IMG/VR virus record: IMGVR_UViG_3300006931_000029
Location: 124,001-188,000 of that record
Strand: one strand, 5' to 3'
Length of the DNA: 64,000 bases
A program made the translations under genes and the position numbers. Within the stretch, counting starts at the first letter, position 1, and every line of letters begins with the position of its first letter. The notes beneath the pieces are model-generated. The model saw only the letters and a program-made list of their open reading frames with translations, did not search any database and was not told the DNA's origin. Positions 55,162 through 62,808 of this stretch are shown here, in pieces.

Positions 55162-55436
55162 TACGGAAGCCTCTTGGAGAGTTCCTTCCGCTTCGTAGTT
55201 TCAAAGTCGTCCGGTTCCGCCTCCACAATCTTGGAAAGCTCTGCAAGATCACCGAGAATTTGTCGGTATTCTGGAAAGATGAAGCTGATGATTAGCACGC
55301 GGAAACTGCCAATCTCTGCAGTGCGAGCAAGGATGATGTTGAGGATGGCCTTCTTCATCTCCTTGTTGCTCATGTGATCCGCGGAGCGCATGTAGTATTC
55401 CAGGAGCTGCGGGACGGTTTGGCGTCTGTCTTTCAT
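55161..55436 (-). CDS. hypothetical protein
   Basis: Coupled to neighbours. Confidence 0.55.
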   Translation of the reverse strand: MKDRRQTVPQLLEYYMRSADHMSNKEMKKAILNIILARTAEIGSFRVLIISFIFPEYRQILGDLAELSKIVEAEPDDFETTKRKELSKRLP

Positions 55437-55678
55437 TTGCGTGATCCTCCTTCAACTGTTGATGTGACTATCTTGCCGCCGAGAACCGTGGCGCCCCAAC
55501 CTCCGTTGAGAGCGCTAGTCGAGATGATGTAGCCGAGGTAGCCGTCAACTCCGAAGCAGTAGGAAACCTGTTCACCTCGGTACATGAAGACGCCCTTCGG
55601 TCCTCCTGCGGCGTGAACGGCGGTTGGCGCGTCGATCCATTGGGCGTTTGGCGACGTCGTGTATTCATGCCGACTCAT
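55433..55678 (-). CDS. hypothetical protein
   Basis: ATGA-coupled. Confidence 0.55.
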   Translation of the reverse strand: MSRHEYTTSPNAQWIDAPTAVHAAGGPKGVFMYRGEQVSYCFGVDGYLGYIISTSALNGGWGATVLGGKIVTSTVEGGSRK

Positions 55679-56301
55679 ACCAGTCCTGCGTCAGTTGCCT
55701 TCTGAACAATCTCAGTGGAGTCATCCAGCGAGAATTCTCCGGTGGTCATCAGTTTCTCGACCGTAATACCCTTCAAGAACTGCGGACCTGTGAATCCTGC
55801 TTTGATCAGACGCGCTATCATCGCAAGTGAGACACCTAACACGCTCCGGAAAGCAGACGCGTCCCGGTTTGATGAGTCTAGCGATTCGTCGAGGTCTCGC
55901 TCCTCGTCCTGCCGTTCGATGAAGTCTTTCGCCAGCTTCGCCATGTTCAACTTGTCGATCCTGCCTTTGATGACGTACGAGTTGTCACCCATGCCGATCG
56001 GCTCCTTGAGGGCGTACTCCGATCGAGAAAGGATTGCTTTCAATTCACCGATGTTGAACTCGTCTCTGAACAAGTCGATGGCTCCATCTCGATAGTCAGG
56101 AACGGTGTACAGCTCGACGGCCAGTTTTTCTAGTTCGGCCCAGCGGTCAAACAAGATAACCGAATGATGCTCCTCGTTGCGGTGTTCTCGGCGGAACATC
56201 ACCAGTGACCGATGTACGCGATGCAGCGTAAGTGCGGGACAGGATTCTGCCGCCTTCTCCGCTGCCAAAAGTGCGGCGGCACGGAAATACAGATTGAGCA
56301 T
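55675..56301 (-). CDS. hypothetical protein
   Basis: 208 aa; GTTCT 8 nt upstream. Confidence 0.65.
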   Translation of the reverse strand: MLNLYFRAAALLAAEKAAESCPALTLHRVHRSLVMFRREHRNEEHHSVILFDRWAELEKLAVELYTVPDYRDGAIDLFRDEFNIGELKAILSRSEYALKEPIGMGDNSYVIKGRIDKLNMAKLAKDFIERQDEERDLDESLDSSNRDASAFRSVLGVSLAMIARLIKAGFTGPQFLKGITVEKLMTTGEFSLDDSTEIVQKATDAGLV

Positions 56302-56347
56302 GTCTGCGTAGAACGTAACCTGGATAGGTAAACGATTCCAGACTAAG

Positions 56348-56578
56348 TTATGTTTCGCTAATGTCTATCTCAACCTTGACCGTTCCGTCGGCACACTTAA
56401 CCTCCATCAAACGGATCGTGCGACCTTGAAGAATGAGAATGACGAGAGTGGCACGGCGATGGCGGTTAAAATCCCTTTCCCATGAACAGCCAGCCGATTC
56501 AACTAAGGCGCTGAGCGCTTCGTGAGCCATCGCCATCTCTTCTTTGGTAAAATCCAGTGAATCAGCCATCTTGCTCAT
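56348..56578 (-). CDS. hypothetical protein
   Basis: ATGA-coupled. Confidence 0.55.
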   Translation of the reverse strand: MSKMADSLDFTKEEMAMAHEALSALVESAGCSWERDFNRHRRATLVILILQGRTIRLMEVKCADGTVKVEIDISET

Positions 56579-56841
56579 GACGCAGATAACGTTCGAAACT
56601 TCTTCTCGTTTGCCAGTATCAACCGGAGTTTGGCCTGCGTTTCAAGATAGTGCTTGATGGTTGCAACCGTCCAACCGAAGACAGTCGCCTGTTCCCAGAG
56701 AGCCATCAAGATGTGCACGTGCTGGTTTGCATTGTGCACGGACATCCCTGAGCAGTAAAGGTTTACCTGCCGGAGAAGTTCGTTAGGATGCTCAAAGTAG
56801 TTGTCCACCTCACTCGGGTTCTTTGCGCTCTCTTCGTGCAT
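56575..56841 (-). CDS. hypothetical protein
   Basis: 88 aa. Confidence 0.5.
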   Translation of the reverse strand: MHEESAKNPSEVDNYFEHPNELLRQVNLYCSGMSVHNANQHVHILMALWEQATVFGWTVATIKHYLETQAKLRLILANEKKFRTLSAS

Positions 56842-57019
56842 CGTCAGACTTATCGGTAACTATCGGAGTGACCGCGATTCCATGCATGTCGATTAGCGCC
56901 ACGCCATCGTCCACCATGAAGGCGTGGTCGTAGCCAGCTGCCTTCAACTTGTTAGCGATCTCGTCGAAGGCTGGTTTGCTGATCTCAAGTCTGGCGAAGG
57001 TGTGAGTGATCCTCAACAT
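56810..57019 (-). CDS. conserved small phage protein
   Basis: THTFA.LE.S..AFDEI..KL.AAGY.HAF...IDMHGIA; start 31 nt after TGTTTACA. Confidence 0.65.
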   Translation of the reverse strand: MLRITHTFARLEISKPAFDEIANKLKAAGYDHAFMVDDGVALIDMHGIAVTPIVTDKSDDARRERKEPE

Positions 57020-57076
57020 AGCGATGGACAGAACTTGGTCTGACGCGCTTGTAAACAAAAACTTGTAGACAACGTG

Positions 57077-57547
57077 TTAATAGCCGCGCAGTTCGTCTCG
57101 AACTTCCATCAACAAATGGCCCAACTTATTTTGGCCAACGCCGTCGCACACGCCCCAAAAGTGGTCGCTCCACCAATTTTTCTCTTCAAGAAATTTCTGC
57201 CCCGTGTCCAGCAGCGCTCGCCTCATCTGTTCGTTGGCGTACTTGGCCCGAAGCACGTCGCGCATGACGTCGACCTTCCGGGTCTCCCAATCGGCGGTAA
57301 GCTTTGCCGTCTGCCCTTTGGTCTTTGCCTGGAATGGTGAGCAGCCCTTGAAGTAAGACCGAGCATTCGGCCAATGATCTTCCTTTGGCCACTTCGCCGC
57401 CTGGTAGGCGTTCTCGCTGGACGGAAAGAACTCGCCCTCGTAGTGGAGGGGAGTCGGAAACATGTTCGACAACCAGCGATACGGGCCGAAGAACCCTCGA
57501 ATCACCAGGTCGTTGTGGACGTACTCGAAGTCAGGTGGGATTCTCAC
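57077..57547 (-). CDS. NADAR (YbiA-like) ADP-ribosylguanine/N-glycosidase family protein
   Basis: YRWLSNMFP, FPSSENAYQAAK, WETRKVDVM...KY, LLDTG, WSDHFWGV...GQNKLGHLLMEVR. Confidence 0.9.
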   Translation of the reverse strand: MRIPPDFEYVHNDLVIRGFFGPYRWLSNMFPTPLHYEGEFFPSSENAYQAAKWPKEDHWPNARSYFKGCSPFQAKTKGQTAKLTADWETRKVDVMRDVLRAKYANEQMRRALLDTGQKFLEEKNWWSDHFWGVCDGVGQNKLGHLLMEVRDELRGY

Positions 57548-57564
57548 CTGACAGAGAACGAAAA

Positions 57565-57795
57565 CTAGTCCTCAATCAATTTGCTGACAAGAGATTCGGC
57601 AGCTTTCCTGCCGGTCTTGATCTTGCGCCACTTCGATTGGGCGGGATCGTCATTGGTGAACATCACGCGCTTCACGCGGCCATCGGCCAATCGAATGCGC
57701 ACGCCATCGTCTTTGTCGTGGCCGATCAAACCGACCACCTTGCCGACGCCAAATTCTGGATGTTTCACGTCGTCACCGACTTGGACCATGAGCAT
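57565..57795 (-). CDS. stand-alone UvrD/PcrA C-terminal Tudor-like domain with C-terminal LVSKLIED tag
   Basis: VGDDVKHPEFGVGKVV...VRIRLADGRVKRV. Confidence 0.65.
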   Translation of the reverse strand: MLMVQVGDDVKHPEFGVGKVVGLIGHDKDDGVRIRLADGRVKRVMFTNDDPAQSKWRKIKTGRKAAESLVSKLIED

Positions 57796-57833
57796 GATGA
57801 CTAATTACTCTGTCAGGAAACGGGTGTAAACGC

Positions 57834-58517
57834 CTAACTGACGCCGGCGTGGAGTTGGCGCATCTGATCCGGCGAGAGCCAGTGGTATCCGAGTTGGGTT
57901 CTTGCGAAAGACATCGGATGGTTCAGGGTTTCCGGCGCCATCGTGTGGAGCAGGAAGGTGTCGTACATCAAGACGTCACCGATGGCCCGCCACCAATAGC
58001 CGATCGTCACGTCCGCGTAACCGTTCCAGGTTGGGTTTGGATGGTTGCCAATGTAGTCGAACAGGCGTTTAACCAGCGCGGCGCTGATGGCAAATCCCGC
58101 ACCTCCGGCGTAGTACTGGACGTGGATGTCGGTCTTCTCACCGTGCATGCTGTCTCTGTACTTGTCCTTGTCCGGTGAAAACCAGAATGGCCAGCCAGTT
58201 GCGATCGACCGTCCTGGTTGCCGACCCACCATTACCTCCTCGAGATGGAGGACCAGGTTGTTGACGAGCACGTAGCCATCATCATCGGCGAAGTAGTACC
58301 AGTCTTGGGTCGGATCGTAGTTGCTCCTGTCTTTGAAGAAGGCAACGTACTTCAACGCCATGTTGTCGTAGCCGATGGCCGTGCCATAGCCGACCTTCTC
58401 GGGACCGGGTTCGTCGCTGAGGAAGACGAAGTTTTGTCCCTTCAACCAAGTCTCTCGCTGGGCTTTCTGCCGCTCAAGGTACTTTTCGCAAGTCAGTAGG
58501 ACGTATTTGATCTTCAC
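57834..58517 (-). CDS. GT31 (Fringe/galactosyltransferase-like) glycosyltransferase
   Basis: QRETW, WYYFADDDGYVLVNNL, YYAGGAGFAIS, DVTIGYW, YHWL. Confidence 0.85.
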   Translation of the reverse strand: MKIKYVLLTCEKYLERQKAQRETWLKGQNFVFLSDEPGPEKVGYGTAIGYDNMALKYVAFFKDRSNYDPTQDWYYFADDDGYVLVNNLVLHLEEVMVGRQPGRSIATGWPFWFSPDKDKYRDSMHGEKTDIHVQYYAGGAGFAISAALVKRLFDYIGNHPNPTWNGYADVTIGYWWRAIGDVLMYDTFLLHTMAPETLNHPMSFARTQLGYHWLSPDQMRQLHAGVS

Positions 58518-59011
58518 GGCTGCTTGCGTTTGCGCGTGGGTAAAACGTATCCCTGAGCTTTAGCAAAATCTCTCAGCTGGTTCGCCGCCGCTTCAATCTC
58601 TGCATCGGTCACGCCGTCGTCGGTGTCGTCCCAAATGGCGGAAATTTGTTGCTGGTAATACTCGGTGTCTGAGAAGTCTACCACCGATTCTCCGGTCTTC
58701 AAACTGTCCAGATTGACCTTGGAAAAGATACGAAATAGCTCCTCGACTGGAGGAAGTTTTCTCTTCTCCGGAGCGTTATTCGACGCCCATGCCTTCAGCT
58801 TATCGATCTCGTCGGCGCCATAAGCTTGGTCTTCGTCTTCTTGCTGAATCGAATTCCAGTCATCGTCGTCCAGCGCCAAGATAAGGCGTTTGAGTTCGGC
58901 CTCGTCCTTGATCCTCACGCCTAACTCGATCGCCAACCGATGAGCCAAGCTCAGAATCGGATCGATGTGGTTCTCCGCAAGCAGCTTCTCGACGAGGTCT
59001 TCTGGTTTCAT
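58514..59011 (-). CDS. acidic protein with N-terminal PEDLVEKLLAE tag
   Basis: Start 31 nt after TGTTTACA. Confidence 0.7.
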   Translation of the reverse strand: MKPEDLVEKLLAENHIDPILSLAHRLAIELGVRIKDEAELKRLILALDDDDWNSIQQEDEDQAYGADEIDKLKAWASNNAPEKRKLPPVEELFRIFSKVNLDSLKTGESVVDFSDTEYYQQQISAIWDDTDDGVTDAEIEAAANQLRDFAKAQGYVLPTRKRKQP

Positions 59012-59049
59012 GGCTGTGTTTTAACCACTTCAGCTGCGTTTTGTAAACA

Positions 59050-59694
59050 TTATTTCCTCAGCCATCCGGTATGGTTCGGAGTCTGCCAGTTAGGAAGGTA
59101 GCCGATCTTCCTGAAGTGGTCGTGCACTGCCTTCTGGACTCCGGTGTAACCCCAATCGTCGACGATCAAGATGCCGCCCGGTACCAGTTTGTCCCACAGA
59201 TAGTCCATGGCCACAACCGTCGGGTCGTGCATGTCCATATCAAGGCGGAGCATTGCAATCGGACCTGGTTGATTGTCCGGCAACGGCAGAGTGTTCTGAA
59301 TCCATCCCTCGACCAACCGGAACTGTTCGAATGGCAGGTTCAGCTCGATGATGTGGTTCTCGACGTCGGTTCGCCGGTGCGCCGTGATCCCACTCGACAC
59401 GAGGAGGTCTTCAGGTAGTTCGCGATTCGGGTCGAGCTTGTCGCCGAATCCCGGCTGGTATTCGTCGTGGCGACCGGCCAGTTGAATGCCTTCGAAAGAA
59501 TCGTAACCCCAAACCGTCTTCGTCTTGGCCGCGAGGTGCATTGCAATGATGGATGAACCCATCGCGACGCCGCACTCAACCAAATCTCCTTCCAGGTTAG
59601 ACGCTTCTTGTGCGAGACGATACGTCTCTTGAAGCGTGGATTCGAAACCGTAGAAACGGTGGAGGATTTTCTTGAGGATTTCCTGGTCGGTCAT
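59050..59694 (-). CDS. TylF/MycF-family sugar O-methyltransferase
   Basis: GDLVECGV..GSS, WGYDSFEG, LRLDMD, LVPGGILIVDDW. Confidence 0.9.
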   Translation of the reverse strand: MTDQEILKKILHRFYGFESTLQETYRLAQEASNLEGDLVECGVAMGSSIIAMHLAAKTKTVWGYDSFEGIQLAGRHDEYQPGFGDKLDPNRELPEDLLVSSGITAHRRTDVENHIIELNLPFEQFRLVEGWIQNTLPLPDNQPGPIAMLRLDMDMHDPTVVAMDYLWDKLVPGGILIVDDWGYTGVQKAVHDHFRKIGYLPNWQTPNHTGWLRK

Positions 59695-60485
59695 TCGTTA
59701 AGTACCGGCTTGGTCTTCTTCCACTCCTCGATCAGGTAGCAGAGGCGCTCGTACTCCAGCTCGTCGATACTCAACAGCGTGAGCCACGTCTTGAAGTAGT
59801 TGTCCAACTCTTGGGCGCGAGGATGCGTCTGCTTGTGATAAATCTCAAAGTCCTTCCTGTTTTGAACCTTGTCGGCGATCAGCATCTGCTTCACCTCGGG
59901 CAGTGGCGACATGGTCAAACTCTGCAACTCGTCGAAGCTGAGGTAGGAGTTGGCCGTGCGACGGTACTCCATGGCGAGGATGATGACGCTGATGCCATCG
60001 TTAGCCACGCCGTGAACCAGCCAGTTTCGATGAACCGAATCCAGGTCCATGGAGTGTTCCAGGTTCACGTCGTCTTGCACGAACGGGTGCAGGCAAAAGG
60101 CCATCATCGCATTTGGCGTGGCTCCGATCGCCTTCAAGACGACGATCCCTTCGTCGATGTGGTTGATGTACGGAACGCCGGACCGCTGGGCTTTCTTCTC
60201 GGCGTAGAATCCTTTGATCGCTGCGTACGAGCAGGACTTGGTAACGTCCCACGCGATCGGTTCGACGGGCTCCATCTCGTCGTAGCAATAGGCGCCGGTG
60301 TGTTGGCTTTCGTCGTGCTTGACGAACCAAACGTCGCCTCCGTGACCGGGCACGTGACCGACAACGGTACCCTTTATGCCGATCTCTCGGCACTCTAGAT
60401 GCCGAGGCACGATCATCATTCCGTCTGTGGTTCCGAGTTTAGCAATCCTGACCTTCAAGTAGGGTTTGACGTCGTTGCAGTTCAT
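59691..60485 (-). CDS. HD-like (SpoT/MESH1-type) domain protein with N-terminal extension
   Basis: RSGVPYINH, FCLHPFVQDD (HD replaced by HP), MLIADKVQN. Confidence 0.6.
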   Translation of the reverse strand: MNCNDVKPYLKVRIAKLGTTDGMMIVPRHLECREIGIKGTVVGHVPGHGGDVWFVKHDESQHTGAYCYDEMEPVEPIAWDVTKSCSYAAIKGFYAEKKAQRSGVPYINHIDEGIVVLKAIGATPNAMMAFCLHPFVQDDVNLEHSMDLDSVHRNWLVHGVANDGISVIILAMEYRRTANSYLSFDELQSLTMSPLPEVKQMLIADKVQNRKDFEIYHKQTHPRAQELDNYFKTWLTLLSIDELEYERLCYLIEEWKKTKPVLNE

Positions 60486-60751
60486 GCTGGGTTGGTGGCT
60501 TCTTCGAAGTTAGTTGTGAGAAAGTGTGGCGCAAGACCACCGATCATCGTCAAGAAGATAGGCGATCCGTTGTTGAGTGCTTCGAGCTGCTCCTTCGACG
60601 GAGTGTGGGCGACAACGCACATCTGCAATCCATCGCATGAGCCTTGGCTGATAGGACCGATGAACCCAGGAATTGTGCGAACCTGACTCTCAGCGAGTCC
60701 TGCTGGCGGACCAAAGTCAGTGTTGGCCTGTGGGAATTTGGTGAATTGCAT
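60482..60751 (-). CDS. conserved small phage protein
   Basis: FPQAN...IP....CVVAHTPS.E.L..LN.G.PIFL. Confidence 0.65.
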   Translation of the reverse strand: MQFTKFPQANTDFGPPAGLAESQVRTIPGFIGPISQGSCDGLQMCVVAHTPSKEQLEALNNGSPIFLTMIGGLAPHFLTTNFEEATNPA

Positions 60752-60929
60752 CGAGTCTTTCTTTTCCTGCCGGCGTGATCCAGTAGCCCATGCCGATCTT
60801 AGTGGCGTACTTCAAACTTTCCAGATGGACGCACGACTTTGGGTTGAACCTGTAGGACTTGCGGTTGAGGTTGTGAGCCCGCATGTCCGTCAACGCAAGC
60901 AACTGGCGAGTGGTCAATTGAGTGTTCAT
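60717..60929 (-). CDS. hypothetical protein
   Basis: 70 aa. Confidence 0.5.
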   Translation of the reverse strand: MNTQLTTRQLLALTDMRAHNLNRKSYRFNPKSCVHLESLKYATKIGMGYWITPAGKERLDAIHQIPTGQH

Positions 60930-61111
60930 GGTAGGAGTTTCTCCACTTCATCTATCCTACCGGCGTCTACGGCGTCTCGAGGAGAGCAACCTAAGTCAGG
61001 ATGGACTGTGAACCACCACCTCATCGAAGGAATCCTCTTGCCCAAATCCAACAGGCGTTGAGCCATACCGTCGTCCATCGGCAGCGTGTTGCTGTTGGTA
61101 TTCGTAACCAC
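60926..61111 (-). CDS. hypothetical protein
   Basis: GTTCT 7 nt upstream; ATGA-coupled. Confidence 0.5.
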   Translation of the reverse strand: MVTNTNSNTLPMDDGMAQRLLDLGKRIPSMRWWFTVHPDLGCSPRDAVDAGRIDEVEKLLP

Positions 61112-61123
61112 GTTCAGAAGAAC

Positions 61124-61390
61124 TTAACCGCCGACGCCTAGCGGCGCGTTGCTTGGCACATTTGTCTTCGGCGCAAGCGTCGCAGAGTTTGCCGTGTCCG
61201 CCGATTGGCCCATAGTACCGTGCTGGTCGATAGCACCGGGGCTTGGAGCAATAGACTTCCGGTTTATCGTGCAAAACTGACAGAACGAAACTGGTATGGG
61301 TGGTGGAAGTGGCATGACCAGCATGGATTGGTCGCAGCGACACTGCAGAATCTTTCCACCATTCAGCAATTTGCGTCCGAAGGGAATCAT
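61124..61390 (-). CDS. hypothetical protein
   Basis: ATG 7 nt after the structured RNA; an alternative frame (60996-61427) is also plausible. Confidence 0.35.
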   Translation of the reverse strand: MIPFGRKLLNGGKILQCRCDQSMLVMPLPPPIPVSFCQFCTINRKSIAPSPGAIDQHGTMGQSADTANSATLAPKTNVPSNAPLGVGG

Positions 61391-61397
61391 AAAACAC

Positions 61398-61651
61398 GCA
61401 CAGCCGATCTAGCTGGTCGACGGGCATTCACCCTCGTTAAGAACACCTGTCATCCCAAACCAGATCGGCTATGCGGCCCGTCACGCACGACGGGTTGTGG
61501 CCCTTTGGTTGCGCCAGTGTGCAGGGTATAGCGATGAGCTGCAGTCTCGTTCGCATCTGCTCCTAAAGCCTGTCCAACCGGGACTTTTATGACTATGACA
61601 GGTTAACCCACCCGTCGATTCGAGGATGAACCGGGTTTCGCTAAACTGTGC
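61398..61651 (-). ncRNA. candidate structured RNA or leader (unrecognised)
   Basis: Terminal GCACAG/CTGTGC pair, nested 8-bp and 9-bp long-range helices, and a crossing 9-bp helix; GTTCT 5 nt upstream. Confidence 0.55.
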
Positions 61652-61662
61652 CAGAGAGAACG

Positions 61663-61854
61663 CTATTTGATCCTCCACGGCGGGCGACTGCGCAACGCGT
61701 GCAGCACATCAATTCCCATCCAGATAAAGCCGATGATGAGGCAAGCCCTCAGAAAGCCAGGTGTTGCAGTATCGAGCACGTAAAACGTGGCAGCTGCAAT
61801 GCACATCGCAAGGATACCGCATAGAAACAACCAGAGAATCCACTCAGTCTTCAT
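61663..61854 (-). CDS. small membrane protein
   Basis: Two TM helices. Confidence 0.6.
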   Translation of the reverse strand: MKTEWILWLFLCGILAMCIAAATFYVLDTATPGFLRACLIIGFIWMGIDVLHALRSRPPWRIK

Positions 61855-62182
61855 CGTGGAGTATTTCTATGAAACGTTCCGCTCGTTCCTGTTCATCCAT
61901 CACAAAGTTGACGAAGTCGTATGACTTTGTCGGCCACTCGAGAACCTGAGCCGACGTCATCGACGAACCCTCAGGTGGTTTCATACACGACATCTTCCTG
62001 ACAGACTTCATCGCCAAGCGGTCGTCGTCATCGACCCGCACATCGACGATGTCAAGCGCGTCTTCCTCAAGATCGTTGTAGATGCCGTTGTCGTCGCTGA
62101 TCTCTGTTGCGCGACCCTCCTCGGGGTTCAAGAGCATCAAGTGACCTAGCGCGTCTCGGTAAACTGCTCCGCGGAAGGTCAT
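61844..62182 (-). CDS. acidic hypothetical protein
   Basis: Start MTFRGA overlapping the upstream TGA. Confidence 0.6.
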   Translation of the reverse strand: MTFRGAVYRDALGHLMLLNPEEGRATEISDDNGIYNDLEEDALDIVDVRVDDDDRLAMKSVRKMSCMKPPEGSSMTSAQVLEWPTKSYDFVNFVMDEQERAERFIEILHDED

Positions 62183-62382
62183 CGTTTGCGATTGCGTAGA
62201 TGCCAAATCAACGGCATGGCGGTTGCAAAGCCTAGCCACGGAATCCATATCAGTAACGCCCATGCGTGGAACGTAGTCACGAGACAGGCCAGCGCAAACG
62301 GTACCCACGCTGCAATCAGCATGCCGATGAAAGGATTAGCTGGAGCTTTCATGTTTGGCTGGAAGCAGAAACTCCTTGGCAA
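62179..62382 (-). CDS. small membrane protein
   Basis: Two TM helices. Confidence 0.55.
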   Translation of the reverse strand: MPRSFCFQPNMKAPANPFIGMLIAAWVPFALACLVTTFHAWALLIWIPWLGFATAMPLIWHLRNRKR

Positions 62383-62797
62383 AATCTCGGTTATTCAATC
62401 CAGTGTATTTCCAATCGTCAACGTCTTGTCTCGACGGTGTGACTGGTTGACCGTTGTGAGTCCACACAATCTTGGCTAACGTCATGCTTTCGATCCGCGC
62501 AAGATACTCCAACACTTTGGCGAGATGAGTCAGTTCCACCGTCTCAGCGGCGGGCTCAGTGTCTACGTTCGGCTCTTCACGCTTGAAGATACGGATGAGC
62601 TGACCCATCTTGATGTTGTTGTAGACAATGGCCGACTGGCGTCCTTGATGGAAGTTCACGCCGTAGTAGTCGTTCCTCTCCTTGCACCAGGCGATCCATT
62701 CGTCGCAGCTGGCAAGCTCCGCCTTGTACTCGCGTTCGTACAGCGCCTCAAAATCAGCCAGAGACTTAGGGTGAACGTATGGCGTCGGCGAACTCAT
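62336..62797 (-). CDS. hypothetical protein
   Basis: 153 aa; GTTCT 7 nt upstream. Confidence 0.65.
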   Translation of the reverse strand: MSSPTPYVHPKSLADFEALYEREYKAELASCDEWIAWCKERNDYYGVNFHQGRQSAIVYNNIKMGQLIRIFKREEPNVDTEPAAETVELTHLAKVLEYLARIESMTLAKIVWTHNGQPVTPSRQDVDDWKYTGLNNRDFAKEFLLPAKHESSS

Positions 62798-62808
62798 GTT
62801 GGTTAGAA

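Noticed and set aside
57560-57570. Third GAAAACTAG copy
   Set aside because: It is on the strand opposite the local genes and has no upstream ATGAAA; it is simply the reverse complement of a stop region.
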